42,120 nucleotides of DNA. Origin: Clostridia bacterium. Its GTDB lineage: Bacteria > Bacillota > Clostridia > Christensenellales > UBA1242. Under the pieces are notes generated by a model. The model saw nothing but the letters and a program-made list of their open reading frames with translations, was not told the origin of the DNA and ran no database searches. The stretch is from NCBI GenBank assembly GCA_045639255.1, contig JAZUCT010000042.1:1-42120 (forward strand), given 5' to 3'. Positions 27,857 to 38,600 of the stretch are shown here, piece after piece. The position numbers were made by a program, and so were the translations under genes. Numbering within the stretch: the first letter of the stretch is position 1; every line of letters starts with the position of its first letter.

Positions 27857-28723
27857 TTAATTTTTTGTTTCGTTATTAAGTTTAATTTTTTCACTTATTT
27901 TTGTTAAATTTGCTTCAATTGCCATTTTATGAATAATGTTCTTAATTGCATTATCTATTAAACTGTTTTCGGTGTAATCTGCTGGGCACGAGAAATCTGC
28001 CCTTGCATAACGCATAAGATCATCAGCCTGTTGTTTTTTATATGCATTGTCGGGATCATACACCGCAACAGAATAACCACCATAAGTTCGAACAAGTTTC
28101 ATGCAAGGAACATCTGTTTCACCATCGCCAATATAAATCATGCGTTTAAATGGAATAACATATTTGTGTGCTGTTTGATGTTTGTTTATTGTTTCACTAT
28201 CATACAAATTAAAATCAGCATTTCTTATGCGAAATAAATATTGTGTTTTGTTTGTATAGTTAACACTGTGTGATGGCCAAACTGCCTGCCCGTTTTCATC
28301 GTATATAAACTCACAAGCAAAAATTTGTTTAAATTCGTTTGCAATGCTTGTGCCTTCAATAATTTCTTTAAGTCCGCTTGAAATTATATAATGTTCAATG
28401 GTAACACCTAAACTTTTTCCATAATCGTTAATTCTTTTAAACCACTCTTGCACTCCATTAAACAAAACAATGTTTTTTCCGTGCTTTTTAAAGCCTTCCC
28501 TTGTAACTGAAAAATTTGGTGTTTTTCTTGCCTTATCAACCATTTTGAACATGCATGAAAGAATTTTATCAGCATTGTTTTTAACAGCCATATCATTGCA
28601 TTCTTGCCAAAAATTAATAACCTGCGAGCCAACTTGTTCAATAAAACTATATTCTTGCATGTTTCCGGCAACCAATGTTCCATCAAAATCATACATTAAT
28701 GCAATTTTAACTTCGCTGTTCAT
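27857..28723 (-). CDS. HAD-superfamily hydrolase
   Basis: YDFDGTL (motif I), IISSG (II), KTQYLFRI (III), YIGDGETDVP (IV). Confidence 0.88.
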   Translation of the reverse strand: MNSEVKIALMYDFDGTLVAGNMQEYSFIEQVGSQVINFWQECNDMAVKNNADKILSCMFKMVDKARKTPNFSVTREGFKKHGKNIVLFNGVQEWFKRINDYGKSLGVTIEHYIISSGLKEIIEGTSIANEFKQIFACEFIYDENGQAVWPSHSVNYTNKTQYLFRIRNADFNLYDSETINKHQTAHKYVIPFKRMIYIGDGETDVPCMKLVRTYGGYSVAVYDPDNAYKKQQADDLMRYARADFSCPADYTENSLIDNAIKNIIHKMAIEANLTKISEKIKLNNETKN

Positions 28724-28794
28724 ACAAATTCTCCTTTTAATTAATGTATTATATCATAATTTAAAATAAATTATAAGGTATTTTATGAAATTAA

Positions 28795-28823
28795 TTGATA
28801 TTTTATTAAAATTCTATTAAACT
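28795..28823 (+). promoter_or_regulatory. SigA-type promoter of the CYTH gene
   Basis: TTGATA-17 nt-TAAACT. Confidence 0.5.
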
Positions 28824-28842
28824 ATATGTAAGGTGAAGAACT

Positions 28843-29526
28843 ATGAATAATGAAATTGAAAAAAAATTCAGGGTTGATAGCAAAAAAGCAATTAATCAAA
28901 TGTTATCGGCTCCATTAATTGTTAATAACTATGAGTTTTCAGTTATCAGTGAAGATAAGGTGCTTGATGTTTATTATGACACACCACAAATGTTTTTAAA
29001 AAGCGCTGGTGTGCTTATAAGAACAAGAACTGTTGGAAAAACAAAAAATATAACAATTAAAACCGACACTCAATTGGTTAAAACTGCTTATGGAACATAT
29101 ACAACCTGCAAAGAGTTTAACTATGAAATTCCTTATTACGATACAATTTTTAACTATATTGAACTTATTATGAAAAACATTCCGTTCAGTGTTTATGCAA
29201 GATTGAAGGTTGACCTTTTAAGTGTTTTAAATTCAATGCGACCTTTTCTTGTTGTTGATCAAAAATCAACACGCTTCCATGTTTATTCAAACTTGTTTAA
29301 ATGCCAATATATATTTTCACAGGTTAAATATGTTAACCAAGAAAATGGCAAAAAGGAAAAGGATTTCATAATTGAGTTACAAAGTTATCCTGACAATGTT
29401 AACCTTGAAAAGTTTTTTGAATTTGCAAGCAGAATTGAAAAAAGCGTTAAACCAATTTTTGCATTTGATAAAACCAAATTTGAAATGGGCTTGGAATTAA
29501 CTAAATCAGCAGTTAAGAAAAAATAG
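28843..29526 (+). CDS. CYTH-domain (triphosphate tunnel metalloenzyme) protein
   Basis: EIEKKF (ExExK), DVYYDTP...L...G..IRTR, ITIK, C-terminal TKFEMGL. Confidence 0.75.
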   Translation: MNNEIEKKFRVDSKKAINQMLSAPLIVNNYEFSVISEDKVLDVYYDTPQMFLKSAGVLIRTRTVGKTKNITIKTDTQLVKTAYGTYTTCKEFNYEIPYYDTIFNYIELIMKNIPFSVYARLKVDLLSVLNSMRPFLVVDQKSTRFHVYSNLFKCQYIFSQVKYVNQENGKKEKDFIIELQSYPDNVNLEKFFEFASRIEKSVKPIFAFDKTKFEMGLELTKSAVKKK

Positions 29527-29566
29527 TGCGTTTGCATTATTTTTTTGTTTAAATTAAAAAGAATTG

Positions 29567-29595
29567 TGGAAAATTGTTATTGTTTGTGATATACT
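29567..29595 (+). promoter_or_regulatory. Extended -10 promoter immediately before the nth ATG
   Basis: TGGAAA-17 nt-TATACT with TG at -15/-14; ATG begins 7 nt after the -10. Confidence 0.55.
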
Positions 29596-29601
29596 TATTT
29601 T

Positions 29602-30240
29602 ATGGAACTTAAAAAAGCCCAAAAAATTTTAAATAAAATTAACGAACATTTTGAAATTATAAAATGTGAACTGGAATATAATTCACCATATCAACTGTTA
29701 ATTGCTGTTATTCTTTCTGCGCAATGCACAGATAAACAAGTTAATAAAGTTACAAAGGAATTATTTAAAATTGCACCTACGCCACAAAAAATGATAGAAC
29801 TAGGCGTTGATAAGATTGAAAAAATAATTCATTCGTGTGGTTTTTACTCAACAAAAGCAAAAAATATTTATAACTGTTCAGTTAAAATTTTAAATAATTT
29901 TAACGGTGAAGTGCCACAAAATATGGAAGATTTAATAACGCTTGATGGTGTTGGCAGAAAAACCGCAAGTGTGGTTCTTGGTGAATGTTTTAACATTCCT
30001 GCACTTGCTGTGGATACGCATGTTTTCAGGGTAAGCAACAGGTTGGGGCTTTCAAATTCTGTTAATGTGCTTGATTGTGAAAAACAATTATGCAACTTAC
30101 TTCCTAAGCAGAGTTGGAAAAACACACACTATGCCCTTGTGTTGTTTGGCAGATATTATTGCAAAGCAAAGGGCCATAAATGTGAAAACTGCAAATTAAA
30201 AGAAGATTGCAAGTTTTATAATTTAAAAAAAAATAACTAA
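29602..30240 (+). CDS. nth: Endonuclease III
   Basis: LLIAVILSAQCTD, HhH LDGVGRKTA, AVDTHVFRV, C-x6-C-x2-C-x5-C 4Fe-4S motif. Confidence 0.96.
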   Translation: MELKKAQKILNKINEHFEIIKCELEYNSPYQLLIAVILSAQCTDKQVNKVTKELFKIAPTPQKMIELGVDKIEKIIHSCGFYSTKAKNIYNCSVKILNNFNGEVPQNMEDLITLDGVGRKTASVVLGECFNIPALAVDTHVFRVSNRLGLSNSVNVLDCEKQLCNLLPKQSWKNTHYALVLFGRYYCKAKGHKCENCKLKEDCKFYNLKKNN

Positions 30241-30267
30241 AAAAAACATATTAAAAGGATAAAACTT

Positions 30268-31533
30268 ATGTTTATTGATAAGGTTAAAATTTTTGTTAAG
30301 GCAGGAAACGGCGGAAATGGTTCTGTTTCGTTTTTGCGTGAAAAATTTGTTGCACAAGGCGGCCCAGATGGTGGCGATGGTGGCCATGGCGGAAACATTA
30401 TTTTTGTTGCAGATAAAAACATTAACACTTTAATTGATTTCAGGTTTGCAAAACGATATCGTGCACAAGATGGCGAAGATGGAAAAGGCAAAAATTGTTA
30501 TGGCAAAAAAGGTGAAAATCTTGTTATTAAAGTTCCGCAAGGAACTGTTATAAGAGATTTAAAAACAAACAAGATTATTGCTGATATGTTTTATGATGGC
30601 GAAGAAAAAATTTTGTGCCGTGGCGGAAAAGGTGGCCGTGGAAATGCAAAATTTTGCACTCCAACAAGGCAAGCGCCTGCTTTCAGTGAACTTGGTGAAA
30701 AAACCACTGAATATGAATTGCAACTTGAACTTAAAACAATTGCCGATGTTGGTCTTGTTGGATTTCCAAATGTTGGAAAATCCACACTTCTTTCACAAAT
30801 TAGTGGGGCAAAACCAAAAATTGCAAACTATCACTTCACAACTCTTTCACCTAACCTTGGTGTTGTGAAATGTTACAACAGCAGTTTTGTTGTTGCAGAT
30901 ATTCCTGGACTTATTGAAGGTGCAAGTGAAGGTGTTGGTTTGGGCCATGAATTTTTAAGGCATATTGAACGCACAAGGCTTATTGTTCATGTTGTGGATA
31001 TTTCTGAATTTGAAGGCAGAAATGCAATTGAAGATTTTAAAATTATTAATAATGAACTTGCTTCATATTCACCAAAACTTGCTTCATTGCCACAAATAAT
31101 TGCATTAAATAAGTGCGATTTGCTTGGTGAAAACACCGAAAAAATTGAAGAGTTTAAAAAAGCCTATGCAAATTATATAGTTGTTCCAATAAGTGCTGCA
31201 ACCAATAAAGATGTTGAACAACTTATTAAAGTTATGCACTCTGAACTTGAAAAATTGCCAAAAGGTGCACCAATTGAAATTGAAGAGCATAATTTTGATA
31301 TGCGCGACACAATTAGTGTTAACATTGAAATCTTGGATGATGGAACTTTCCATGTTACTGGTGGTTTGATTGATGAAATTTTAAGGGGAATTGTTTTTGA
31401 AAACAGTGAAAGTATGGCATATTTTCAAAAACGACTTAAAAATGAAGGCATTATTGATATGTTAAAAGAAAAAGGCGCTTTCGAAGGTTGCACAATTAAA
31501 GTTGGAAACTTAGAATTTGAATTTTTTGAATAA
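30268..31533 (+). CDS. obgE: GTPase ObgE/CgtA
   Basis: Gly-rich Obg domain, GFPNVGKS, YHFTT, DIPG, NKCD, ISA, C-terminal OCT domain. Confidence 0.97.
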   Translation: MFIDKVKIFVKAGNGGNGSVSFLREKFVAQGGPDGGDGGHGGNIIFVADKNINTLIDFRFAKRYRAQDGEDGKGKNCYGKKGENLVIKVPQGTVIRDLKTNKIIADMFYDGEEKILCRGGKGGRGNAKFCTPTRQAPAFSELGEKTTEYELQLELKTIADVGLVGFPNVGKSTLLSQISGAKPKIANYHFTTLSPNLGVVKCYNSSFVVADIPGLIEGASEGVGLGHEFLRHIERTRLIVHVVDISEFEGRNAIEDFKIINNELASYSPKLASLPQIIALNKCDLLGENTEKIEEFKKAYANYIVVPISAATNKDVEQLIKVMHSELEKLPKGAPIEIEEHNFDMRDTISVNIEILDDGTFHVTGGLIDEILRGIVFENSESMAYFQKRLKNEGIIDMLKEKGAFEGCTIKVGNLEFEFFE

Positions 31534-31534
31534 T

Positions 31535-31560
31535 AAAAAACCGCAAAATGCGGTTTTTTT
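31535..31560. terminator. Bidirectional terminator between obgE and the ger operon
   Basis: aaaaaaccgca-aaa-tgcggttttttt. Confidence 0.85.
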
Positions 31561-31565
31561 GTTTA

Positions 31566-32999
31566 TTAAGTTATGCCTTTTATTATTATTTGTGGATCGA
31601 ATTGTGTTGCTTTTAAAAACTCTTCTTCACTTCCATAGAACTTAACAAGTTTTTTAAATTCGCTGTTTCTATATTTTTCGTATGCAGAAACAACACCAAA
31701 CATATCAATTCCATATTCTCTGCACTTTTCAACTGTTAAGTTTATTTCGTTTATTATTTTATCTTTAATTTTTTGTTTAACTTCATTTGTTATAAGGTTT
31801 GATGAACCATTGTTAAAGTTTTTTTCTGCTGTTGAAGAAGTTGTAACTTCTTCAATTTTAACAATAAGCAATAAATAAGATTCAACAACTGGCGTTGTGC
31901 CTTTTATTCTGTATCGGTTAGCAAACAGTTTGGTTTCAATGTTAACAACACAACCATCGTTGTTTTTAAATGGCTCTTCTGTTAAACCTGAAACATTTAT
32001 TGAACCATCAGTGCCTGAATTTGAAAGCCATTTATAACCTTTTATTTCATTTTCTTGAAGTTCACCAATTTTTTTGCCACCTTTAAAAAGTGCAGTTTTT
32101 CCCACATTCGAAATGCTTTGAGTGCCTTGCCCTGAACCGCTGGAACCACTTGAACCGCCACCACTTGAAGCACTTTCACCGCCTGAACCTTTGGATTCCT
32201 GATTAACTTCAATTCCATCAAGTTCGCTTTTTATCACATCAACCCTTCCAACATAGTTTGTTTGAGTGTGTTGAATCATTTTTTTATAAAATTCTTCAAT
32301 GCTTATGTCGGCAGAATAAACAAGTTTTTCGTTAAACTCTAAGATGTTTTGAAGTGAAAATGAAATGCCGTTATCAAGTTGCGAACTTGCCATAAGAAGT
32401 TCGTAGGCAGAACTTGTGTTAACAAGCACAGTGTTTGCATTAAGTCGGCTGGAACGAACAAGAAAATCCATTATTTCAGTAACACCTTTTTCTGCAACAC
32501 TATCACCCACAATAACAACACTGCAATGAGTTAACCCAATTTCTTTGCCAAGAATTAAATTTAGTTTATCAATGCCTTGCATAATTGTTGGTGCAGTGGC
32601 ACAAACAACTTGAACATTTTGATTATATTTAACATCAATTGTTGGAATTATTATTTGTGCAGAAAGTTTATAGTTGTTTGTGTATTGTTGATTTTCTTGC
32701 TGACCAGATGAACTGCTTTCACCAGATTGTTGGCTTTCACCCGAAGATCCTTCTTTGCTTGATGAACTTTCCTGATTGCTTGAACCTTCTTGGTTTGAAG
32801 TGCTTACGCCAGAAGATTGTTCTTGATTTGCCTTTTCGGCTTCTTCAACACTTTCAAGGTCTATTCCTAACCCTATAACAATTGCCCTTACTTCGCTTTG
32901 TGCTGGCAATGCAAGGGTTATTGGCAAAAAGAAAAGAATTATAAGGAAAATAACAAAATATGTTTTATTTGTTAGTAACTTTTTTAGGTAATTCTTCAT
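31566..32999 (-). CDS. Ger(x)C-family germination receptor subunit with low-complexity inserts
   Basis: AIVIGLGID, LSAQIIIP, L.H..VVIVG, G.TALFKG.K.IG.L, D.FG; third gene of the ger operon. Confidence 0.8.
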   Translation of the reverse strand: MKNYLKKLLTNKTYFVIFLIILFFLPITLALPAQSEVRAIVIGLGIDLESVEEAEKANQEQSSGVSTSNQEGSSNQESSSSKEGSSGESQQSGESSSSGQQENQQYTNNYKLSAQIIIPTIDVKYNQNVQVVCATAPTIMQGIDKLNLILGKEIGLTHCSVVIVGDSVAEKGVTEIMDFLVRSSRLNANTVLVNTSSAYELLMASSQLDNGISFSLQNILEFNEKLVYSADISIEEFYKKMIQHTQTNYVGRVDVIKSELDGIEVNQESKGSGGESASSGGGSSGSSGSGQGTQSISNVGKTALFKGGKKIGELQENEIKGYKWLSNSGTDGSINVSGLTEEPFKNNDGCVVNIETKLFANRYRIKGTTPVVESYLLLIVKIEEVTTSSTAEKNFNNGSSNLITNEVKQKIKDKIINEINLTVEKCREYGIDMFGVVSAYEKYRNSEFKKLVKFYGSEEEFLKATQFDPQIIIKGIT

Positions 33000-34098
33000 A
33001 TGTTAACTCCTTTTCACCTTTTATTTTTAAAACAATATAAGTTATTATTGGAACAAGATATTGCAAGAACATAAATAACCAAATTGCCCAATCTTGACGA
33101 ATTAATTCAAACACTGTTTCAATGTTATAATAAATTATTAAAGTTGCAGTAAAAATTAAAGTTACAATTATAACACCTGTTAAATTTTTTCGTTTTTTTA
33201 ATTTTAATGTGTCGTTCACCAATGTTTTTTGAACAAATGTTATTAAAATAAACTGCAAAAATAAGGTTACACACCAAACGCAAATTGCAATCCAATCTAT
33301 TCTGCCCATACTGGAAACTCTTGGCGAAAACTGAACAACGCTTGAAATTGCAAATCTTAGCATATTTGCAATATTTTCGTAAATTCCATAATATATGCAC
33401 ATAAACAACACAACCATAACGCCTGAAATAATCAGGCTTTTTTTAAGTTGGAAACTTGTATTTTTTTCAATTTTTATTCTTCCACAAAAAGTTAGCATTA
33501 TAATTGTATCGCCAAACAAGAAAATGTTGTTATAAATTCCTTTTAGAGAACCAGCAATTCCATTATTAAAAATAGGAAGCAATCCATCTGGCTTTACATC
33601 TTGCAAACTTGCAAGAATAAGAAAAATAAATCCGCCTAAAACAACCACACTGAAACTTTCATAAAGCCGACCAATAATATGTGTTTTTTTGGAAGTTACA
33701 AAACAAATAAGTGCAAAAAGTGGCACTGTAAAAAGCACCCATGAAAATTCTTCATAAAGCGTTTCAATAAAGAAAAGCCTTGTTTCACAAAGAATAAAAA
33801 CACATTTTATGCCAAAATAGAAAGCATAAAGAGTGCAAATTATAACTGCACCAATTTTTGAAAAGCATTTTTCAAGAATTTGATAAAATGTTAAATTGGG
33901 GCACATATGCAATAATTTTATTATAAATATAAGTGTTATGAATTCGAAGATGTAACCAACTATAACACTTAACCACAAACCTGTTCCCGCATCAGCAGAT
34001 AAAAGTGATGGAAGCAACAAAACTTTAAGCGAAATTGAAGCAATAAGCATTATAACGCTTAACTGATGAGTTGAAAATTTATCTGTTCTTTCTTTCAT
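32965..34098 (-). CDS. GerAB-family germination receptor B subunit (APC superfamily)
   Basis: About 10 TM segments, LLLPS, AG.GLW, LLPIF, GRIDW; between the A and C subunits. Confidence 0.85.
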   Translation of the reverse strand: MKERTDKFSTHQLSVIMLIASISLKVLLLPSLLSADAGTGLWLSVIVGYIFEFITLIFIIKLLHMCPNLTFYQILEKCFSKIGAVIICTLYAFYFGIKCVFILCETRLFFIETLYEEFSWVLFTVPLFALICFVTSKKTHIIGRLYESFSVVVLGGFIFLILASLQDVKPDGLLPIFNNGIAGSLKGIYNNIFLFGDTIIMLTFCGRIKIEKNTSFQLKKSLIISGVMVVLFMCIYYGIYENIANMLRFAISSVVQFSPRVSSMGRIDWIAICVWCVTLFLQFILITFVQKTLVNDTLKLKKRKNLTGVIIVTLIFTATLIIYYNIETVFELIRQDWAIWLFMFLQYLVPIITYIVLKIKGEKELTYEELPKKVTNK

Positions 34099-34100
34099 AC

Positions 34101-35522
34101 TTACTTCCTTCTAACCTTTTCGTTTGGAATTGATTTTGGCAAAGTGTTCATTTTGGTTACATCAAGTTTGAATAAGAAATCCTTTTGATCATCTTTTATA
34201 TATGGAGCATAAGGTGCAAGGTATGGAGCACCAAAACTGTTTAAATCGCAAAGCAATGTAAGAATAAAAAATGTTCCAGTTATTATGCCAAAGAATCCAA
34301 GTATTCCACCCATTAATGTGAAAAATATTCTTAAAATTGAAAGTTGAATGTTTTGTTCGGGAATGGTGTAAAAGGTGATGCCACTTAACGCAACAATCAT
34401 AACGCTTGGTGGTGAAATCAAACCCGCTTTAACTGCCGTATCGCCTAAGATTAAAGCACCAACAATTGAAAGTGCCATACCCAAATATCTGGGCATTCTT
34501 AAACTTGCTTCGTAAAGAATTTCAAACAAAATTATAACAAAAATTGTTTCCACCAAAGGCGTCATGGGTAAACCTTGTGTTGAGTTAACAATTGTTACCA
34601 AAAATTTTATTGGAATAACCCTGTAATGATAAACTTGAACTGCAACATATGTTCCGGGCAAAAGCACACTTATTATAACCCCAAAAAACCTTATTGCCCT
34701 TATAACAACTGCCCTAAACGACCTTGAATAATAATCGTCTGCCGATTGTAAATCTTCCACCAAAACAAATGGAACGGTTAAAACAATTGGGCTTCCATCA
34801 ACAACAATTGCAATTCGTCCTTCCAACATTTTTGCTGCAACAACATCGGGTTTTTCACTGCTTCCAACTTGCTTGAAAAGGCTGGTTTGTTTTTCTTCAA
34901 GGAATTGCGCAACATAGAAACTGTCAATTATTCCATCAATTTTTATGCTTTTAATTTTTTTTATAACTTGCCTTGCAACATTATGATCTGCAATTCCATG
35001 CAGATATAGAACTGAAACTTGGGTGTTTGTTACTTTGCCAAGTTTTAAACTTTTAATAACTAAGTTGGGCGTGTTTAACCGTCTTCTTAAAAGTGTTATG
35101 TTTGTTTTAATGCTTTCATTAAAACCTTCCCTAGGACCTTTAAGAACTGCGCTTGTTGGTGGTTCCATAAGGGCGCGTTTATCCCATTGTTGAACCACTG
35201 CTTCAACTGCAAAATTGCAATCTTCAAACATAACAACAACTGCACCTTTAAGAAGTGATGATGGAACATCTTTAATGCTTTCAACTTCACTTATTTCAGC
35301 ACACGCAATTGTGTTAAAGCAATCGTTTATTTCATTAATTTCAGCAGTAAGAAGTGGTTTTATAATGCTTTCGGCAATAAGTTCACCATTTGTTAAGTTT
35401 TCAAAAAAAACAAGAGTTGCTTTTCTGTTTTTTGTTGTTATTTCACGAAAAAGCAAGTTTTTATCTTCTTTAAAAACGCTTTTTATTTTTTTAACATTGC
35501 TTTGTAAATTTTTTCCAAACAT
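34101..35522 (-). CDS. GerA-family germination receptor A subunit
   Basis: EPPTSAVLKGPREGFNE, SEKPD, EGRIAIVVDGSP, QSADDYY, EASLRMP, SIVGALILGDTAVKAGL, SFGAPYLAP. Confidence 0.95.
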   Translation of the reverse strand: MFGKNLQSNVKKIKSVFKEDKNLLFREITTKNRKATLVFFENLTNGELIAESIIKPLLTAEINEINDCFNTIACAEISEVESIKDVPSSLLKGAVVVMFEDCNFAVEAVVQQWDKRALMEPPTSAVLKGPREGFNESIKTNITLLRRRLNTPNLVIKSLKLGKVTNTQVSVLYLHGIADHNVARQVIKKIKSIKIDGIIDSFYVAQFLEEKQTSLFKQVGSSEKPDVVAAKMLEGRIAIVVDGSPIVLTVPFVLVEDLQSADDYYSRSFRAVVIRAIRFFGVIISVLLPGTYVAVQVYHYRVIPIKFLVTIVNSTQGLPMTPLVETIFVIILFEILYEASLRMPRYLGMALSIVGALILGDTAVKAGLISPPSVMIVALSGITFYTIPEQNIQLSILRIFFTLMGGILGFFGIITGTFFILTLLCDLNSFGAPYLAPYAPYIKDDQKDFLFKLDVTKMNTLPKSIPNEKVRRK

Positions 35523-35541
35523 TTGCTTTTCACCTTTTTGT

Positions 35542-35571
35542 TAGTGTGTTTAAATTTGATAAGTTCTATGC
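35542..35571 (-). promoter_or_regulatory. SigG-type (forespore) promoter of the ger operon
   Basis: GCATA-18 nt-CACACTA versus the B. subtilis SigG consensus GHATR-17/18-CATAHTA. Confidence 0.55.
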
Positions 35572-35592
35572 AAATAACAGCATTAAACGCAC

Positions 35593-35624
35593 AAAAAAAC
35601 AAGGGTGATTTACCCTTGTTTTTT
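35593..35624. terminator. Intrinsic terminator after the lipoprotein pair
   Basis: aaaaaaacaagggt-gattt-acccttgtttttt. Confidence 0.85.
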
Positions 35625-38600
35625 AAAGAACAATTTTAACAAAAACTGTTTTATCGCTGTTGTTGAAATATTTACAATCAGTTATATAATCCATTGTTTT
35701 AGCCAATTCAACAAGTGAAACGAATGATGAAAAATCCATATCAAGTTGAATTTCAAGTGCAAGTTTGTTGTTATTAATGCAGTATGTAACAATTTCTGTT
35801 ATTGAATCAATATCGCTTACAACAAGTTTGCAATTGCCAATTGTTGTGTTGAAATTTTCAAAGTAATTTATGTTTGAAGTTGCTGGTTTGTTTTCTGGCC
35901 AACTTTGAGTTGTGGAATTTAAATATGAAAGTTCACTGCTGTTATTTAAGAAATAATAATATGTGAAATATTGATTGTTAACTGAATTTATTTCATTGTT
36001 TATTATAACTGATTTATAAAAATCAACAATAAACCATTCATCATCTATTTTAACGGTTGAATAGCCAACAACAATTCCATTTTCAAGTGCAATGTTATAG
36101 GTTGCCTTAACTCCTTCCATTAAGCACATAAGTGTGAATGTTTTTGCAAGCCCAACACTTGTTGCTTTTGAATGTTTTGCAACGCCTTCAATGTTATAAC
36201 TGAAATAGTTTTCAAAGTTAACATTATTTTCTGTTACATATTTTTCACATTCAAAATCGTATGATGTGTTTGCCATTAAATAACTGTAAATTGCAAGTGC
36301 TTTTTGATAATCAGTTGCAGTTGCAGAAATGTTTTCGTTAAGAATTTGAATAAATTTATTATAATAGCCAGCCACATTAACACCTTTTATTGATGTTTCA
36401 AATTGTGGTTTTCTTTCATTGTTTATAACATTAAGAATTTGCATTGTTGAATTAATGTTGTTTGCAGCAGGTAATGTTGGTAAGGTTTCACAATAAATGC
36501 TTGATAATTTTGATCCATTTTTATATGCTGTGAATTGTTTATCTGGCGAAATAACCGTGGTTTCAAGTTCTTCGGTTACATCATTTGTGAACTCAAAAGT
36601 TAATGTTAGTTTTGTGTTTTCTTTTGCAATGCTTATTAATTTCATGTTGTTTTCAGCATTTACTGTAATTATTGCTGAAATAACTTCGTTTCTTATTGTT
36701 TCATCTTTTATGTTATAATTTTCAAATAAATCTTTTAAACTTTCATAATAATTATTGCTGGTTAAATCTTCGGAATAATTAAAGTTTGCATAAAAACTTA
36801 CATTATTTTTTTGAAATTGATGTGCATAATCAATAAGTTCAACAAACTCTTCATAACTTTCAATAAAGAAATCGTAATAATTATTGTTCACATAGAATAA
36901 TTCACCCACATTTTGCGAATTTCCATGTTGGTAAGTTAAAGTTGAAACCGAAGAATCGGTATAGTAAATGTTATCTTCTGCAATTGCTTTAAGTTCAAAC
37001 ACATAACTTCCCTTATTGAACTCTGAAAGCAAAATTTTTATTTTTTCAGTTAAAACTGAAATTGTTTTATTGTTATATGTTAACTGATAGTGCTTAACAT
37101 TAGAAACTCTGCCCCAACTTAAAATTAAATAACTGTTATCTTTTTGATATTTAAAATTTGAAGGTGCATTAATTTTCTTAACAAAAACTATTTCTTGCTG
37201 TTCACTATATTCGCCATCAAAATAACTTAAATTATCGCCTAGTGCCTGAACACAATATGAATATTCACCACCAGAATAAAGTGTGTAGTTAAATGTATTA
37301 ATTGTTGTTGTTGAAACAATTATTGCAGATTCAAATGTTATTTTAACATTATATCCCGCTGCGTTATCTTGCCCTTTCCAAGTTATTTGAAGAACATTGT
37401 TTGTTATTTCGGCATTAACATTTGTTGGTTTTTCAAGGAAATATGTGTGATTATAGTTAAATATTTCGCTGAAATCACTTTCTTTAAAGAAATTATATGC
37501 TTTACATTTTATTTTAATTGAATATAGTTGTGTTGAATTAACATATTGTGAAAGATTTATATATGTGCTTTCACTTTCAAATTCAACATCATTAACTGAA
37601 ATTATATATGTTCTTGCATTTTCAACGGCTTTGAACGATAAGAATGCAATGTTGTTAACATTTTCAATTTTTACTTCTTCTGGAATTGAAAGTTTTGAAT
37701 ATGGATTAAATGTTTCTTGTGTTGAAATTGCACTATCTAAATAGTTATTATAACCAATTGCTTTAACAGTGAAAGATAATTCATCTTGTGCATAATTTTT
37801 TATTGATTCAAAAATGAACACATGTTTTTCTGAATAAACCTGATATGTTTCGGTTTGGTTAACTGTTACTCTGTATGAAATTGCATTTTCAACTTTATTC
37901 CATTCAACAATAACATTGTTTTCATTATCTAAATAAATGTTATTTATTTCTGGTTTTGAAAGCCTTATAAGATTTATATGTGTGTAAGGTTCACTTTTTT
38001 CTGAATTTTGAACAAGAACACTGTCACTTATGCATTCAACTGCAAAAATATAATCTTTTGCTTGTGTTAAATATTGTGTTACTTCAAGTTCTTTGCTTGT
38101 TGTTGTTGAAATTTCAACATCATTTAAATAAACTTTAAATGAAATGTTGTTATATTCACTGTGCCATGTTAAATAACTTTTATTGTTAATTTGTGAAACA
38201 TGAAGATTTGTGGCAGAATTTAAAATTGAAGTTTCACTGTAATTAACTGTGTTTGAATATTCACTTTCATTGCAATCGTTATATGCTTTAACCTTTACTT
38301 CGAAAGTGTTGTTTTTGTTAACATTTATTAAGTTAAAAATGTTTAAATTTGCTTTTATATCAACTTGCGTTTCCGCAAATTCAATTGGAGCTGAATTATT
38401 TACTTTAAGCAAGTAGGTTTGTGCGTTTTCAATCGCCGACCATGAAAGCACTGTTCCGGTTATGTTTAACATTGGTGTGTTAAACTTTTTCTGTTTTCTG
38501 TATGTTAATATGTTGGATAAACGGCTGTTTGTATATTTGCCAGTTCCAATTGCATAGGCTTTTATAACATAAGTTTTATATTCCACCATAACTTCGCTTA

